DNA of 63,324 bases, counting the filler. It is 6 parts of 6 records of this genome, joined end to end, with 100 filler letters (N's around TTAATTAATTAA, not from the genome) between each part and the next. Parts side by side here need not be neighbours in the genome. Positions count along the whole stretch, not along the records: positions 25,705 to 31,154 come from SRR31156797_54198; positions 31,255 to 49,097 come from SRR31156797_54248; 4 more parts are not named here. The stretch is one strand, 5' to 3'. Numbering within the stretch: the stretch's first letter is position 1; each line of letters starts with the position of its first letter. The notes below the pieces were generated by a model that saw nothing but the letters and a program-made list of their open reading frames with translations, had not been told where the DNA came from and did not search any database. A program made the translations under genes and the position numbers. This document shows positions 29,403 to 38,404 of the stretch, piece by piece.

Positions 29403-30029
29403 ATGAATAAAGAGCTTAAAGCCATTTACAACAGATTCGCAGAAAAATATCAGGATAACCGTGAAACATTTGACATGTCAGATATTTTCAATGATTTCTT
29501 CAGCAAACTCAATGCTGAAAATGGAGAACTTCTCGATCTTGGCTGCGGCACAGGTGACGCTTTTCCCAAACTCTTTCTTGCCAGGGGTTGGAGAGTGACC
29601 GGCGTGGATTTTTGCGAAAAGATGCTTGATCTTGCAAAGATCTATCAACCGCAGATGAAAACCGTTCTCAGCGATGTTACAGAGTTTGATATAGAGCATG
29701 ACAAGTTTGACGCGATCACTGGAATTTATTCGCTTTTTCATATTGAACAAAGCAAACACAAAAAACTTTTCACAAAAATATTTAAAGGACTTAGATCAGG
29801 CGGCAAAGCACTTTTCACATATGCGGGAAAAGAATATACAGGCTCAGAAACATTTGACGGGAACATTGAATTTATGGGTGAAAGATTGTTTTACAGTCAT
29901 ACAACTCCTGAAAAACTCACAAACTTGTTAACAGAGATCGGATTTCGTGATGTTACTATTGATCGTCATGAAATTGGTGGCGAAACATTTCTCTGGATAA
30001 CCGTCAGCAAACATGAGGAACTAACATGA
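29403..30029 (+). CDS. Class I SAM-dependent methyltransferase
   Basis: LLDLGCGTG, VTGVDF, FDAI; RBS GGAGAGG; TTGACA-16-TATCAT upstream at 29345-29372. Confidence 0.88.
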   Translation: MNKELKAIYNRFAEKYQDNRETFDMSDIFNDFFSKLNAENGELLDLGCGTGDAFPKLFLARGWRVTGVDFCEKMLDLAKIYQPQMKTVLSDVTEFDIEHDKFDAITGIYSLFHIEQSKHKKLFTKIFKGLRSGGKALFTYAGKEYTGSETFDGNIEFMGERLFYSHTTPEKLTNLLTEIGFRDVTIDRHEIGGETFLWITVSKHEELT

Positions 30030-30610
30030 AACCACTTATAATTTATGCACATCCATTAGATGGAAGTTTCTGCCACGCAGTTAAAGAAAAAGTTATCGAA
30101 ACACTTAAAGAAAAAGGTGAAGAATTCAACATCATTGATCTATACGCCGACAAGTTTGATCCAGTCATGAGCGGAGAAGACCTGAGCCTTTACAGCAAAG
30201 GTGAATCAACTGACCCAAATGTTGATAAATATTTGAATTTATTGTCAGAAACAAACAGGATCTATCTCATTTTTCCAGTCTGGTGGGGAGTTATGCCTGC
30301 GATATTAAAAGGATTTTTTGATAAAGTCTTTCTCCCGAAAAGAGCATATAAATATCAAAAATCCGGAATGCTTGAAGCGAAATTTCCGCAAATAAAGAAA
30401 GCAGTCATTTTCAACACCCTAGGTGGACCAAAGCTTTATCATAACCTTCTGCTCAGATTTCCTGTGAAAAGAGTTGTAGGAAACACCACACTGAAAATGA
30501 TCGGTGTAAAAAAAGTCGAATATGTTCAGTTTGATTCTATTAAGAAAAGTTCAGATAAACTTCGCGAGAAATGGCTTGAACAGGTGGCTGGAGTTGTCAG
30601 GAAGGGTTAG
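30026..30610 (+). CDS. NAD(P)H-dependent oxidoreductase, flavodoxin-like fold
   Basis: IYAHP..GSF, DLY...FDP, FPVWW..MPAILKGFFDKVF. Confidence 0.9.
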   Translation: MKPLIIYAHPLDGSFCHAVKEKVIETLKEKGEEFNIIDLYADKFDPVMSGEDLSLYSKGESTDPNVDKYLNLLSETNRIYLIFPVWWGVMPAILKGFFDKVFLPKRAYKYQKSGMLEAKFPQIKKAVIFNTLGGPKLYHNLLLRFPVKRVVGNTTLKMIGVKKVEYVQFDSIKKSSDKLREKWLEQVAGVVRKG

Positions 30611-30614
30611 ATAT

Positions 30615-31154
30615 TTATTTTTGATCTGCTGGCTTCGCCTTGTCTTTAAACTTAACATCAAAATGCCGTAACAAACACAAACTTTTGGTCAAAATGTTTA
30701 AGCTCTTTTCAGGAAAAGAGATTTCTACAAATTCATCGATCTTTACTGCACAAACCTCATCATTATTTATTGTTGAGCAACAGATAAATTCTCCATCGTG
30801 TGATTTTAGTTCTTTAGCAAATCCGAACAAAGTTTCATATGAGTTCATGCCTTCGGGAAAACATTCCCGTTTTTCAAATTTCTTTTCATATTTTTCAGCA
30901 ACTTTCTTATATCTCTTAAACCATCTAGAATAAAGTGATTCATCAAAAGGTTTTTCATGAAATCTGACAAACCCATACCCGTCTTCTCTCTTGTAAGAGA
31001 AAATAATAAATGAGTTTTTCTTAGGAGCTTCAAAAGCCCCGCCTATAAGAAAAGCACTGTATTTATCTCCATCATTATCTCTGAAATTTAAAATATTTAC
31101 CATGTCACCATAAGGAAGATAGTTTATTTCAGTTTCTCCAACTTCATAGCTCTC
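30615..31154 (-). CDS. Hypothetical protein, 5'-truncated at contig end
   Basis: Frame of ORF 30615..31103 stays open to the contig end (ESYEVGETEINYLPYGD-M...). Confidence 0.55.
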   Translation of the reverse strand, partial: ESYEVGETEINYLPYGDMVNILNFRDNDGDKYSAFLIGGAFEAPKKNSFIIFSYKREDGYGFVRFHEKPFDESLYSRWFKRYKKVAEKYEKKFEKRECFPEGMNSYETLFGFAKELKSHDGEFICCSTINNDEVCAVKIDEFVEISFPEKSLNILTKSLCLLRHFDVKFKDKAKPADQK

Positions 31155-31254
31155 NNNNNNNNNNNNNNNNNNNNNNNNNNNNNNNNNNNNNNNNNNNNTT
31201 AATTAATTAANNNNNNNNNNNNNNNNNNNNNNNNNNNNNNNNNNNNNNNNNNNN
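31155..31254. other. Artificial contig linker 3
   Basis: N44-TTAATTAATTAA-N44. Confidence 0.99.
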
Positions 31255-31432
31255 GTTTCAAACTGCATATGCTGCTGGGTAAAAAGCAGCTTAACCAACA
31301 TAGAGTCGAGATGCTTGAACGACTCCAGCATCTTTCTGCAGGACAGACAGGTTCGTTTTTTTCGTAACGAGTGACTGGCCGTACACCTGATTTGCAATAA
31401 CCATAATCATTATTTTTTTCGGTGCTTGGCAG

Positions 31433-31502
31433 CAGGCACCTTTATCTACAGTCGTCCCTTTGGTACATGTTTGCACAAAGGAGCTGTAAACAAAGGTGCC
31501 TG
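31433..31502. repeat. 70-nt imperfect inverted repeat just downstream of the 31507..32082 gene (terminator or small repeat element)
   Basis: CAGGCACCTTT..TACAG / CTGTA..AAAGGTGCCTG with inner CCTTTG/CAAAGG. Confidence 0.45.
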
Positions 31503-31506
31503 AATT

Positions 31507-32082
31507 CTAGTGGTGGCCCGAAAACTGTTTTACAGCGACTACGAGCAAACCACCGCAAAGAATATACAACAAGCCCATCCCGACCAAGGTAAATTTAACA
31601 GTCGCACAAGTCCAAGCCGCCAAAGGCAACAGTTCTTGAGTCGAACCGATAAGCAGTCGAAAAAGAGCCAGGTTTTCTACAGCATCACACAATGCGGCAA
31701 AAAGTTGTACCCAGGCTAACACCAAACCTATCATTCCCATTGTCGGCCATCTGTCACTCAAGCTTCGGCCAATTTGCACACAAGCCAGTCCGATAAAAAA
31801 AGCATAGACAAACATAAAGAGATAATCGATACCCAAACTAAAAGCTGCGTGGATTTTGGCTTCCTGACTCCAAGAGGCGAGTATCAGCTGGGCTGCGATA
31901 GGCGTTTGAGCCATTTCGTAGGAGATGATGCCACGAGGTGCCGCCTGGGTTTTCAATGGATCATCCAAGACCTGCATGACCAGCAGCACCACCAGGCAGA
32001 CAGTCAAAGATAATGCAAGTGCCCCTTTACGTTGATCGTAGCGCAGCCACCTTAGCGGGTCTGGGAGTTTCAAGTTTCGCAT
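31507..32082 (-). CDS. Hypothetical membrane protein (about 4 TM)
   Basis: Hydrophobic segments; GIISYE.A, DYLF, D.VEN, KF motifs; RBS GAGGGGG. Confidence 0.75.
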   Translation of the reverse strand: MRNLKLPDPLRWLRYDQRKGALALSLTVCLVVLLVMQVLDDPLKTQAAPRGIISYEMAQTPIAAQLILASWSQEAKIHAAFSLGIDYLFMFVYAFFIGLACVQIGRSLSDRWPTMGMIGLVLAWVQLFAALCDAVENLALFRLLIGSTQELLPLAAWTCATVKFTLVGMGLLYILCGGLLVVAVKQFSGHH

Positions 32083-32137
32083 GGATTGAATAACGCCGCC
32101 CCCTCAACAATTGACGATATTTACAAAAATAGGCCTA

Positions 32138-32362
32138 TTAACGATAGTACCCTCTCCCCCTCATGCAGGTCTCGTAGATCGTATCGATGTCATGCGATGC
32201 ACCAGCTATGGTGGATTCTTTAGCACTGTTGGCCATAGACATACACTCAGCCTGATCTGTTTGGTATTGTTGCTGGCTTGCGGAATCATGGAACCATGAT
32301 TTAGGCATGCCTGCGCATGCTGTTAAAAAAGATACCACCAAAATTTGAAGAATTTTCGCCAT
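32138..32362 (-). CDS. Small lipoprotein
   Basis: Lipobox FLTA-C; D.AEC ... CM..RGY pattern; RBS GGAGG. Confidence 0.65.
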   Translation of the reverse strand: MAKILQILVVSFLTACAGMPKSWFHDSASQQQYQTDQAECMSMANSAKESTIAGASHDIDTIYETCMRGRGYYR

Positions 32363-32498
32363 ACTCACCTCCACCTACCAGAAAAACTACCCTACTATTT
32401 TTATTAGTACTTCCCAGATAAGTTCAAAAAACAATTCTGTCCCCTACTTTTAATTATATTATGCTGAGTTTTGGTGCTAATCAAATAAAAATATAAAA

Positions 32499-33110
32499 AA
32501 TGAATCTTTCGAAAGACTGGAGGGCCACCCAAAGCCGTCCTCCCTCAATACCAAGCCTGTATTTAAAAACGACTTCCGTTATAGAGGCGTCCATCCCGAT
32601 GATTTTCCTCTCAATATTTGGCATCGTTTCTCTGCCGAAGTCGTCCACCGGAGAGATTATGCCATCAAGAGTCGAATACGACTACTGGGATGAACCGCCA
32701 ACCGTAATACCATCATCATTGAAGATGATTATGACCGTGAATTCAGGTATACCTGAAAACCGATTCCCGCAATTCAGGGGATTGACAATTGAGGTCATGT
32801 CATCTACACACAATCTTTTTCCTAATCCTTGCCTCCGGCGCTGCGGATCTGCTATATGGCGATCCCCTTGTCCCTGATGAAAACATATCGTGCACTTTTC
32901 AAACGTTAACGCACCTTTGTGCCCTGGATGGAGCGGGTATTGATGGAAACCTTTATTAAGAAAGGATACGGGGACAGACATTTGAGAAAGATCCGGTCTG
33001 CTGATGAGAAACGATACACTGAGACAACTATACTGGTAGGGTATAGCAGAATACATCCATACGACATAGAGGATGGAATTCAATTTGTGCGGGAGGCATG
33101 GAATGAATAG
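32499..33110 (+). pseudogene. MocR/GabR-family (PLP-dependent) transcriptional regulator remnant
   Basis: One frame reads DFRY..VHPDDFPLNIW...RIRLLG*...[46 protein letters not shown]; later FIKKGYGDRHLRKIR...ILVGY...IEDGIQFVREAW; several stops, internal deletions, no HTH. Confidence 0.8.
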
Positions 33111-34539
33111 CAGCAAAATGAAAGGTAAAGACAGTGCCCACCCCTTTACTGAAGCTCCTCACCGAACCCTTTTATTCATGTCCCTGCCCCTGCTGCTTTC
33201 CCTTATTGCGGAGCCCCTCACAGGTCTGGTAGACACGGCCTTCATTGCCAGGCTCGGGGCGGCCCCCCTGGCATCAGTGGGGATAGGTGCCACAGCCCTC
33301 ACCAGTATATTCTGGATATTCAACTTTTTGAGTGTCGGTACTCAAACGGAAATCGCACAAGCATTCGGCTATGGAGACAAAAAAAGGATAAATCAGATCA
33401 CGACCATGGCTCTGTTGATGAGCCTGTTTTTGGGCGTAACCGTTACATGTATTACCTTCCCCCTAACCTCCACAATTGTTACACTGATGGGAGCAGATCA
33501 GGCCTTTCACGATTCTGCCGTGTCCTATCTAAAAATCCGGTTAGGCGGTGCCCCTGCGATCCTCATCACCTTTGCCGCCTTTGGCATTATCCGGGGCCTA
33601 CAAGATATGAAGACCCAGTTCAGAATCGCCGTCAGCATTAATCTGATCAATATACTTCTCGACCCGCTGCTCATTTTCGGCCCTGGTCCTTTTCCCCAGC
33701 TCGGGGTTGCCGGGGCAGCCATAGCCAGTACTGCCGCCCACTGGGCAGGAGCGATCTGGGCCCTTTTGTCCATCAAATCAAGTACAAGATTTACAACAAC
33801 AATCAGCCTCCGTGACAGCATTCGGCTAGTAAAAATTGGTAGGGATATGTTCATCCGTACTGGTATGTTGACCCTGTTCTTGATGCTTACCACCAGAAAC
33901 GCCACTCTAATCGGACCTGAAGCCGGCGCTGCTCACCAGGCTCTGAGGCAGTTTTGGATATTTACCGCTCTTTTTCTGGATGCCTATGCCGTGGCAGGAC
34001 AAAGCATCATTGCCTATTTTACAGGAAAGCAGCAGCATGTTCAGGTTCAACGGGCAGCAAGGATTGTCTGTATCTGGAGTATGGCCATCGGAACTCTTCT
34101 TATGTTGGCGATGATGATGGGCCAGAGTTTCGTCGAATACCTCATTGTACCGCAAGCCGCTTTAGGACTTTTCGGTCCAGCATGGATCGTGATAGCTGTG
34201 TTCCAACCCTTGAATGCCCTGGCATTTGGAACGGATGGTATCCACTGGGGAACCGGGGATTTTCGTTATCTAAAAAATGGAATGATCCTTGCCAGCATGG
34301 CTGGCATCATAGGTCTTTATATTATTAATCTGGATTCCGATCAGGCCCTCACTTTCATCTGGGGCATTACCGGGGGTTGGATCGGCCTGCGGAGCTTTTT
34401 TGGTGTGGTGCGAATCTGGCCGGGCATTGGCCACAGCCCTTTTTCACGCAATTATTCCATCCTCCCTGCCACTTCAATGGAGTCAAAAGGTAATCCTCTA
34501 AATTTGAAGAAGTCTGCCCACAGGGACAATATCACCTAG
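33103..34539 (+). CDS. MATE-family efflux transporter (DinF-like)
   Basis: AEPLTGLVDTAF, RGLQDMKT, NILLDPLLIFG, GVAGAAIA, AAHQ; about 12 TM. Confidence 0.92.
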   Translation: MNSSKMKGKDSAHPFTEAPHRTLLFMSLPLLLSLIAEPLTGLVDTAFIARLGAAPLASVGIGATALTSIFWIFNFLSVGTQTEIAQAFGYGDKKRINQITTMALLMSLFLGVTVTCITFPLTSTIVTLMGADQAFHDSAVSYLKIRLGGAPAILITFAAFGIIRGLQDMKTQFRIAVSINLINILLDPLLIFGPGPFPQLGVAGAAIASTAAHWAGAIWALLSIKSSTRFTTTISLRDSIRLVKIGRDMFIRTGMLTLFLMLTTRNATLIGPEAGAAHQALRQFWIFTALFLDAYAVAGQSIIAYFTGKQQHVQVQRAARIVCIWSMAIGTLLMLAMMMGQSFVEYLIVPQAALGLFGPAWIVIAVFQPLNALAFGTDGIHWGTGDFRYLKNGMILASMAGIIGLYIINLDSDQALTFIWGITGGWIGLRSFFGVVRIWPGIGHSPFSRNYSILPATSMESKGNPLNLKKSAHRDNIT

Positions 34540-34594
34540 TCAGGTGCATCCCTCTCCCTCAGGAACGAAGATCACATTAGAGGTTACAACAGAT

Positions 34595-34836
34595 ATAATT
34601 CGTCAAGTGCAACTAATCGATATTAAGAAGGTCATAGATATCTGGCATAACGCCTCAATAAAAGCCCATGATTTTGTTAGCAGTGAATTTTGGAAATTAA
34701 AAGTTAAAGAACGTCATAATAATTGGTTTTTTACTGTTTATAAGGAAAAAACAAGCAACATTGAGTTCTATAAGCAATCTGGATCAAGGTTAAATTAGAG
34801 CAAACTGACAAACCCACCGGCTACCTTGAGCGATGA
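34595..34836 (+). pseudogene. GNAT acetyltransferase (YjaB/YiaC-like) remnant
   Basis: IRQ...DIW..ASIKAHDFV..EFW joined directly to TVYKE....IEFY; frameshifted tail KVKLEQTDKPTG; central acetyl-CoA-binding region deleted. Confidence 0.65.
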
Positions 34837-35133
34837 CCTATACTTCATAGGTTCAGGGCTGTTAATACCATCCAGAAGGTCCACATATTTCATTAAGCCC
34901 AAAAGCAGAGCCTGCTGCGGAGGTATGCTCTGAAAGATGACAGCTTCAGTTCAGCTTATCTTCTGATTATACGAGCCTCTTGCAAAATGCAAAAAAATGG
35001 TGGTAACGAGGCACGGATGATGTTGCTGCCCCCTCCTTGTTCATTCCACTGAAAATCGAACTAAAAATTGAGACGATAATAGGCTCAATTCCTAGTTCAA
35101 TGTAATACAAATTTCCTTTTTGTTTGATCGGTA

Positions 35134-36381
35134 TTAAAATTTCACTTCTAGCATTGCATACGTGCCGAAATAGCCGTCTTCTTCAACACCAGCAGAATTC
35201 AAACGTCCGTCAAAGCTAGGAGCAAGGTAGCCAGCATACCAGGAGAAGGTACAATCTTTAGATACGTTGTATTCCATTACCCCGGAAACTTCGATAAAGT
35301 CGTACAGACGACTTTCATCACTAACTGTACCATCGTTGCCATCTGCATCAAGGTATACCAGGTTCCCAGTTAAGGTAAGGGCTTCAGTTACAGCATAACC
35401 GGCTCTGAGGCCAGCCCAGTAGTTGTCAAATCCACCTTCTCCAAATAAGACCTTGGTAATTGGTTCGCCAGCACCGATCATAACAAATCCCTGGTCATCA
35501 TCAGCTACAAAACCGTCTTTGGTAAAACCAAGATCCAAGGCCAAGGTTAAAGCGTCCATCGTATAGCTGCCACGGATGTAGCCACCCCATGCGTCGTCAT
35601 CTCCTACCCCCTGAACTTCGTCAAGGACCACGCCGTTTTCCGCAAAGGCAAACTCGCCTTCCAGGCCGAAACCAGCCATCATACCATTAAAAAATACAGA
35701 CCCCCAGAGACCATCGCTGTTGCCGTTACCGGTTTCAACCGTTGTACCGTCCGCGTCTACGTAGCTATTAACACGATCATCGGTGTCGAAAGCAGCGACA
35801 GCACCAAAGGTCCAATTTTCAATACTGGAAACAGTTATTGCAGCACCCATACGGTATGCATCGTTATCTTCAGAAACGTCTTGAGTTATATCAGACACCT
35901 GCCCCTCAGACTGTACCTCAAAAAACGGGAAGACTTCGATGCCGTTTGCAGCATAGATACCTTTAAAACCAGCAAGTCCCATATCATCGTATACAAAACC
36001 GTTTCCGTATGTGGAACGATATTTTCCTGCTTCGAGGGTGAACGATTCATTGAACGGAATACCGATATATGCTTTGTCAACATAGACGTTGTTATCTGCA
36101 GAAATATCAGTTTCGCCATTGAATTTTTCTTCTGCCAGGCGGATACGACCGTGTACGTATGCCCCACCCGCTGAGGTACCACGAACTTCAAAACGTACAC
36201 GGGAATCCATAGTTGTGTTGGCATCGTCGTCGCTGTTGCCGAAATCTTCTTTATCTTTATAGATGACACGGGCACGGGCGTTACCTGTGATTTTAATGCC
36301 GGAGTTGTTGTCCATTTCAGCGGCATTAGCCATGCTACCTGCCATCAGCAAAGCAACCCCTGTAGCGAGCACTTTCTTCAT
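35134..36381 (-). CDS. Outer-membrane porin-like beta-barrel protein
   Basis: Signal peptide MKKVLATGVALLMAGSMANA, alternating aromatic beta-strands, acidic loops, C-terminal Phe (LEVKF). Confidence 0.8.
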   Translation of the reverse strand: MKKVLATGVALLMAGSMANAAEMDNNSGIKITGNARARVIYKDKEDFGNSDDDANTTMDSRVRFEVRGTSAGGAYVHGRIRLAEEKFNGETDISADNNVYVDKAYIGIPFNESFTLEAGKYRSTYGNGFVYDDMGLAGFKGIYAANGIEVFPFFEVQSEGQVSDITQDVSEDNDAYRMGAAITVSSIENWTFGAVAAFDTDDRVNSYVDADGTTVETGNGNSDGLWGSVFFNGMMAGFGLEGEFAFAENGVVLDEVQGVGDDDAWGGYIRGSYTMDALTLALDLGFTKDGFVADDDQGFVMIGAGEPITKVLFGEGGFDNYWAGLRAGYAVTEALTLTGNLVYLDADGNDGTVSDESRLYDFIEVSGVMEYNVSKDCTFSWYAGYLAPSFDGRLNSAGVEEDGYFGTYAMLEVKF

Positions 36382-36479
36382 TTTGTTCTCCATTTTTTAT
36401 AAAGAGTTAATTCAAGTTCGTTTCATTTTCGGTTGAGATTAAGAAAAAGCAGGGAGGGAATATAGCTCCCCTAATCATA

Positions 36480-36833
36480 TCAAGATGGTTTTTCCCCACA
36501 GCGACAGTTTTTACATTTTCCACAACCGTTATGGCCATGCTTTCTCTTCTGCCGCTCAATCACCTTTCCACCATTGTGGCAAATAGCTTTTCCCTTTTCC
36601 CCCATCAGGTATATATTATTTCCAGGCAAGTCTGAGGTGTTGACAAGATCATTAAAAATACATTTAGAATTAGGAGCAATTGCTGATATTTCATCAGTGT
36701 GTATAAAGATGTTGCCCTTCCCTTCATATTTTTTGGTCATTAACAGAGTTAGCTTGGCTGCTCATTCCTGTGTAAAGGCCCCCTTTACAATGATGTGCAG
36801 ATTACCGTTTCTTCGGTTAGCCTGGAGTGTCAT
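36480..36833 (-). CDS. Small Cys-tailed protein downstream of DUF2325, interrupted by an in-frame TGA (pseudogene, sequencing error or recoding)
   Basis: RBS GAGGGGG + ATG 36833; MTLQANRRNGNLHIIVKGAFTQE*AAKLTLLMTKKYEGKGNIFIHTD...CGKCKNCRC; TGA at 36762-36764. Confidence 0.6.
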
Positions 36834-36857
36834 CTTATCCCCCTCAACAATATTTTA

Positions 36858-38144
36858 TTATTGAACAATTTTTGTGAGTCCCTTCGCTAAAGAGGAAAGT
36901 CCAGAACTCCTCATCATGACAAATGGTTTTTGATTTCGTTTACAGATCTGCTTGACACGGCTTGTTGCATCGTGACTAATACAATCTATAGGGCAAAACA
37001 CGGCATCAGCACTTTGCAGCATTTTAGGCAGTTGGTTGGGTGATATTTCTTTGCCTCCATCATGATGAATAAAGCGTCCTCCCATTTTTTCTACGAGTTG
37101 GCGATAACGAGGCACCATATTCCTTAACCCGCCCACATAAAGAATAGTTCTCCCGCAGAGGTCAGGTCCTGGGCATCTTTCAGTGTTCTGATCGTCACAA
37201 TGGTCACAGTTTGCGCTAGTTTGTAATAATTCCTGATTAATAGTTGTTTCTACTGATTCAATTTCTCCATATATTTCTTCCTTTTCACGTTGTAGTAAGA
37301 AGCACCTTTCCTCGAGTTTTTCATTACGACCTCTTGTGATTATCAGCTCCTCCTTTATCTTTGTAAGTTCTTGTTCAAGACTGTCGACGGATCCCAGTAG
37401 TCCTGAGTTGACCTGGCGAGCCGCTACCAGCTCTTCTTTTAATTCTTCAGTAGTTTTAATATATTTTCTTAGCTCCACTCCAGACCGCAACCCCTCTACT
37501 TGAGTTTCCAACTTGCTCTTCTCTATTTGCAGCTCTTTTCTTTCCAGGTAAAGTTTTGCTAGCATTTCGCGACTTTGAGAATATTTTCGTTCAGCCTCAC
37601 GATGCAACTGTCTTTCAGAACTTAATACTTCTTCCAGTATGGCTGTTTTATTTCGCAGATCAACAAGCCCTTGCTTTTCCACTCTATTCAGAACAAAAAA
37701 ATCATGAGAGAGCATGTGTACTTGTCCATAGATTTTAGAGCGTAACTCCCTGCTAATAGTGGGATGAGTCATCACGGCCCAATAGGCCCCTGCAATTGCA
37801 CCACTATTGTTATCTTGGCACCAGAGTCTTTCTATTGCATCATCTTGAGTTGCTTCATTGTAACGACGGATTGATCCTCTGTATTTTGCATCAAGTATTT
37901 TGTGCAGCATTTTTGCCTGGGGGCAAAGGTAACTTGACAGGCTTACAAGATGGGTGTGGATTTGGAAATCATCCAGGCCTCTGTTTAAACCAAACACCTT
38001 TTTTTGAGCCAATTTACGTATATCATTCCTCCTGAGGCAGGTACCAATAATTGAACAGTGGTAGCCCTCAGATCCTTCCCAAAGCTTTCTTCTCTTGAGT
38101 TTAAACGCGCCTTTTTCATTTTTTTTGATATTTGCTGGAATCAT
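36858..38144 (-). CDS. DUF2325-domain protein
   Basis: HCSIIGTCL, YWAVMTHP, G.VHMLSH, coiled coil, ILYVGG, HHDGG, CPIDCISH, RSSGLSS. Confidence 0.88.
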   Translation of the reverse strand: MIPANIKKNEKGAFKLKRRKLWEGSEGYHCSIIGTCLRRNDIRKLAQKKVFGLNRGLDDFQIHTHLVSLSSYLCPQAKMLHKILDAKYRGSIRRYNEATQDDAIERLWCQDNNSGAIAGAYWAVMTHPTISRELRSKIYGQVHMLSHDFFVLNRVEKQGLVDLRNKTAILEEVLSSERQLHREAERKYSQSREMLAKLYLERKELQIEKSKLETQVEGLRSGVELRKYIKTTEELKEELVAARQVNSGLLGSVDSLEQELTKIKEELIITRGRNEKLEERCFLLQREKEEIYGEIESVETTINQELLQTSANCDHCDDQNTERCPGPDLCGRTILYVGGLRNMVPRYRQLVEKMGGRFIHHDGGKEISPNQLPKMLQSADAVFCPIDCISHDATSRVKQICKRNQKPFVMMRSSGLSSLAKGLTKIVQ

Positions 38145-38287
38145 AATATTCTCTCACTATTGCGTGTTTATAATTGTCCTGCCATTTTTGAAGCCAGGGA
38201 AAGTGCACCAATAGCTAGTCAACTTTTCCGTAACAGTACCGGTAAAGGGTCGACAACACTTCACAACTTACGCCACTTGGCTAAAAA

Positions 38288-38301
38288 TTAGGAGCGCCTA
38301 A
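38288..38301. promoter_or_regulatory. DtxR/MntR-like box upstream of DUF2325 gene
   Basis: TTAGG-AGCG-CCTAA. Confidence 0.5.
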
Positions 38302-38311
38302 CATCAAGGGC

Positions 38312-38356
38312 AAAAAAATACAAACTTCCATTCAGGTGTAGATGAAAGTTTGTATT
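38312..38356 (-). terminator. Intrinsic terminator after feoB
   Basis: AATACAAACTT / AAGTTTGTATT stem; T run on minus strand. Confidence 0.65.
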
Positions 38357-38404
38357 CTGGCTAACTATTTAGGAGAGTGGCAGAATTAAAATGATAGTTG
38401 ACGA

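Noticed and set aside
31255-31476. Short ORFs at the start of contig 4
   Set aside because: Several frames are open on both strands with no motif; cannot choose a gene.
34970-34990. GAGCCTCTTGCAAAA resembling an IS terminal repeat
   Set aside because: No matching second end, target duplication or transposase.
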